The notes under the pieces are model-generated. The model ran no database searches, was not told the origin of the DNA, and saw nothing but the letters and a program-made list of their open reading frames with translations. A DNA stretch of 64,000 nucleotides from an uncultured delta proteobacterium (GTDB taxonomy: Bacteria; Desulfobacterota; Binatia; UBA9968): assembly GCA_963727625.1 (NCBI GenBank), contig CAVSHR010000005.1, positions 576,001 to 640,000 on the forward strand, given 5' to 3'. The position numbers and the translations under genes were made by a program. Positions 61,830-64,000 of the stretch are shown here, piece by piece; the first letter of the stretch is position 1; each line of letters starts with the position of its first letter.

Positions 61830-61902
61830 CAGCAATAAACGAAAGGTGGCCACGTCATTCGTGATCGTGGAACGTGTTCGTCCAAATCACGGACACGCCG
61901 CA

Positions 61903-62865
61903 TTATTTCTCGGATAGAAGCTCTTTCATCGCCTGCCGCGCGAAGGAAAAGTCGCGGACCTCGTCGAGCGGGCGCTTTTTCTCGCCGACCCGCGCGATGA
62001 TCGCCTCGATCTCGGCGTCGGTCATGATGCCGTTGCGGCTCAGCGTATTGAGCTCGTTGTCGTAAGAATGTTCCGCGATGTCGATCGGCTGTGGCAACCA
62101 TTTGATCAGAGTTTGAATAGTCTCTCGCCGGTTCTCTAGGATATACTTGTGCGAGCGCAACAACGCCTTTAACGTTCGCTTGACGAGCTGAGGATTTTCC
62201 TTAATCAGGCGATCGGACGTGAGCATTCCGGCCGATGGGAGCCCGATCTCCGGCGGTCCCGCCAACGCGCGATAACCCATTTTCTTGAGCATCAAATCAT
62301 GCGGCGGCGCCACCGAGATCGCATCGACGGCGCCGCTGATCAACGCCTGCATCCTGAGCGGGCCATCGCCGATGGCGACTGCTTGCAGCTGATTCGGGTT
62401 GAACCCCTTGGCTTGGAGCATTTCTTCGGCCACCAGTTGATCGGTCCCCCGGATCGTCGCCACACCAATCTTCTTGCCTTTTAACTGCTGCACGTCTTTG
62501 ATTTCCGGCCGCACCATGACGAAGTAGGGTCCCTTTTTGAGGTGGATAAACACCAACTTCATCGGAAAGCCCTGAAGAATGCCGCGAAAGGTGCTGGTGA
62601 ACGGTGTCGCGAAGGAGACGTCGCCGTTGACCACGGCGGTGGCGCCAAGGCGCGGATTCATCTGAATGATTTCTACATCCAATCCTTCAGCCTTGAAGTA
62701 GCCCTTTTGCAAAGCCATATAGAGCGGCATCGCCGAGCTGCTTCGGCTGGCGTAGGCGATGCGAACTCGAGCCGCCGCCTCGGCGCCTATTGCTGACCTC
62801 GGTGCACTGAGAGCAAGGCCTACACTGGTCAATAAAACTATTTTTACGATTATGAGCCTAATCAT
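61903..62865 (-). CDS. ABC substrate-binding protein (NMT1/SsuA-like)
   Basis: Signal peptide, GYFKAEGLDVE, LKGKKIGV, RDFSF. Confidence 0.88.
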   Translation of the reverse strand: MIRLIIVKIVLLTSVGLALSAPRSAIGAEAAARVRIAYASRSSSAMPLYMALQKGYFKAEGLDVEIIQMNPRLGATAVVNGDVSFATPFTSTFRGILQGFPMKLVFIHLKKGPYFVMVRPEIKDVQQLKGKKIGVATIRGTDQLVAEEMLQAKGFNPNQLQAVAIGDGPLRMQALISGAVDAISVAPPHDLMLKKMGYRALAGPPEIGLPSAGMLTSDRLIKENPQLVKRTLKALLRSHKYILENRRETIQTLIKWLPQPIDIAEHSYDNELNTLSRNGIMTDAEIEAIIARVGEKKRPLDEVRDFSFARQAMKELLSEK

Positions 62866-63027
62866 GCTCCCTTCCCTTCCACTTCTACTGAACGGTCAGT
62901 TCCTTTTGTACTTCCCGTAACAACGTGCAGTCATCATCGCTCCCGTCAGAATGAAAGTGTTCGAGGTTCGGAGTGGTGAAGTGACGGGGTTACCATCCAA
63001 TGCTTCGATACTCCGTCGCTTCAGTCT

Positions 63028-63999
63028 TCAGAGCGCGTAGAACGCGCGCGGATTGTCGTACATAATTTTTTGCCGCAATTGCGGCGATAAATCCTCGCGA
63101 GCATTGAGGACATTGACGAACTGGTCCTCGCGCGACGGATCGCTGTGCGGGTAATCCGAGCCGATCAGCAAATGCTCATCACCGGTATATCGCGCGAGAT
63201 AAGGAATATCCTCGTCGGCTTCGCAAGCGACAAACAGCCGATATTCGCGAAACAGCTCGGCGCTCGAGCCGAAGCGAAATTTATCCTTCTGCAAGCGCCG
63301 TACGATATGAATCAAAAACGGCACCCAGCCGGCGGCGGCTTCGATAAAACCGAAGCGCAGGCCGGGAAACTGCTCAGGAATTTTGTTGGCGATCAGGTCG
63401 CGGAACGCGAGCAGCGGCATCACGCGAGTGTGGCCGAAGGTATGGTTGCGCGCGCCGTTGAACATCTCAAGAATTTCTCTGACGCCGCAGCCGGTGTGCA
63501 CGCAAATCGACAAATCATGCTTCTGCGCTTCCGCATAGACCGGATGCAGATTCGGGTGGTCCAGCGTGTAATTGCCTTCAATGCCCCGAAAGAAGATCCC
63601 CACTGCGCCGTTCTCTTTGGCGAAGCCGATCTCATCGATGGCGTCTTTCATCGATTGAAAGGGCAGCACGGCGAGCCACTTGATTCGTTCCGGCGCCTGC
63701 GCCGCGGCCTGGGCGAGAAATCGGTTGTAGGCGCGGCATAGCGCGATTTCGAGCTCGACGTCCTTGGTGTTGTAGACCAGGAACAGAGTCGGATAGACCA
63801 CCTGCACAGCCGTTCTGAGCTTATCCATGTCGGCGACGCGGCCTTTGATGTCGGTCATTTCCCGTGTCGCCGGCGTCGAGTCTTTGCGCCCTTCCTGGAC
63901 CTTTTGCCCGGACGGGGTGACCAGATTGAAGCTCCCCTTGCCCGCTGGCTTTGGGTAAATCTCGCCGTCAATCAGCCAGAAGGCGTTGCGGTTGCCGAA
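63028..63999 (-). CDS. Amidohydrolase_2 family protein (5' end beyond window)
   Basis: Frame open to the edge; QVVYPT, CVHTG, FIEAAAGW, IGSDYPH. Confidence 0.88.
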   Translation of the reverse strand, partial: FGNRNAFWLIDGEIYPKPAGKGSFNLVTPSGQKVQEGRKDSTPATREMTDIKGRVADMDKLRTAVQVVYPTLFLVYNTKDVELEIALCRAYNRFLAQAAAQAPERIKWLAVLPFQSMKDAIDEIGFAKENGAVGIFFRGIEGNYTLDHPNLHPVYAEAQKHDLSICVHTGCGVREILEMFNGARNHTFGHTRVMPLLAFRDLIANKIPEQFPGLRFGFIEAAAGWVPFLIHIVRRLQKDKFRFGSSAELFREYRLFVACEADEDIPYLARYTGDEHLLIGSDYPHSDPSREDQFVNVLNAREDLSPQLRQKIMYDNPRAFYAL

Positions 64000-64000
64000 C

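Overview
64-kb window of a GC-rich (roughly 55-60% by eye) bacterial chromosome. The many stand-alone ABC substrate-binding proteins, amidohydrolases, cupins and short heptamer/nonamer intergenic repeats suggest Candidatus Binatia or a related Deltaproteobacteria-like lineage; this is inference only. Housekeeping content: a ZMP/ZTP riboswitch upstream of a class-V aminotransferase-serA-purA operon, yqjD/E/K-like genes, ggt, addB-addA followed by a DEDDy exonuclease, argC, and a pcaD-C-H-G-B protocatechuate cluster. The most striking region is 35.4-48.4 kb. It is an old tandem duplication with a visible MFS::CoA-ligase fusion scar at 42595/42596. It carries a repeated cassette of non-canonical adenylation enzyme, DltC/AlmF-like carrier protein and lipid A late-acyltransferase-like enzyme, plus a SAM methyltransferase and a binding protein, and its copies have decayed reciprocally. 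It resembles an AlmEFG/Dlt-like envelope-lipid modification system. Other notable items: a selenoprotein missed by the ORF track (UPWC DsbA/FrnE-like, with a SECIS-like hairpin), a bicupin-EutA-like pair without EutBC, a histidine kinase lacking its phospho-accepting His, and coxM/coxS without coxL. No rRNA, tRNA, CRISPR array or transposase was recognised.
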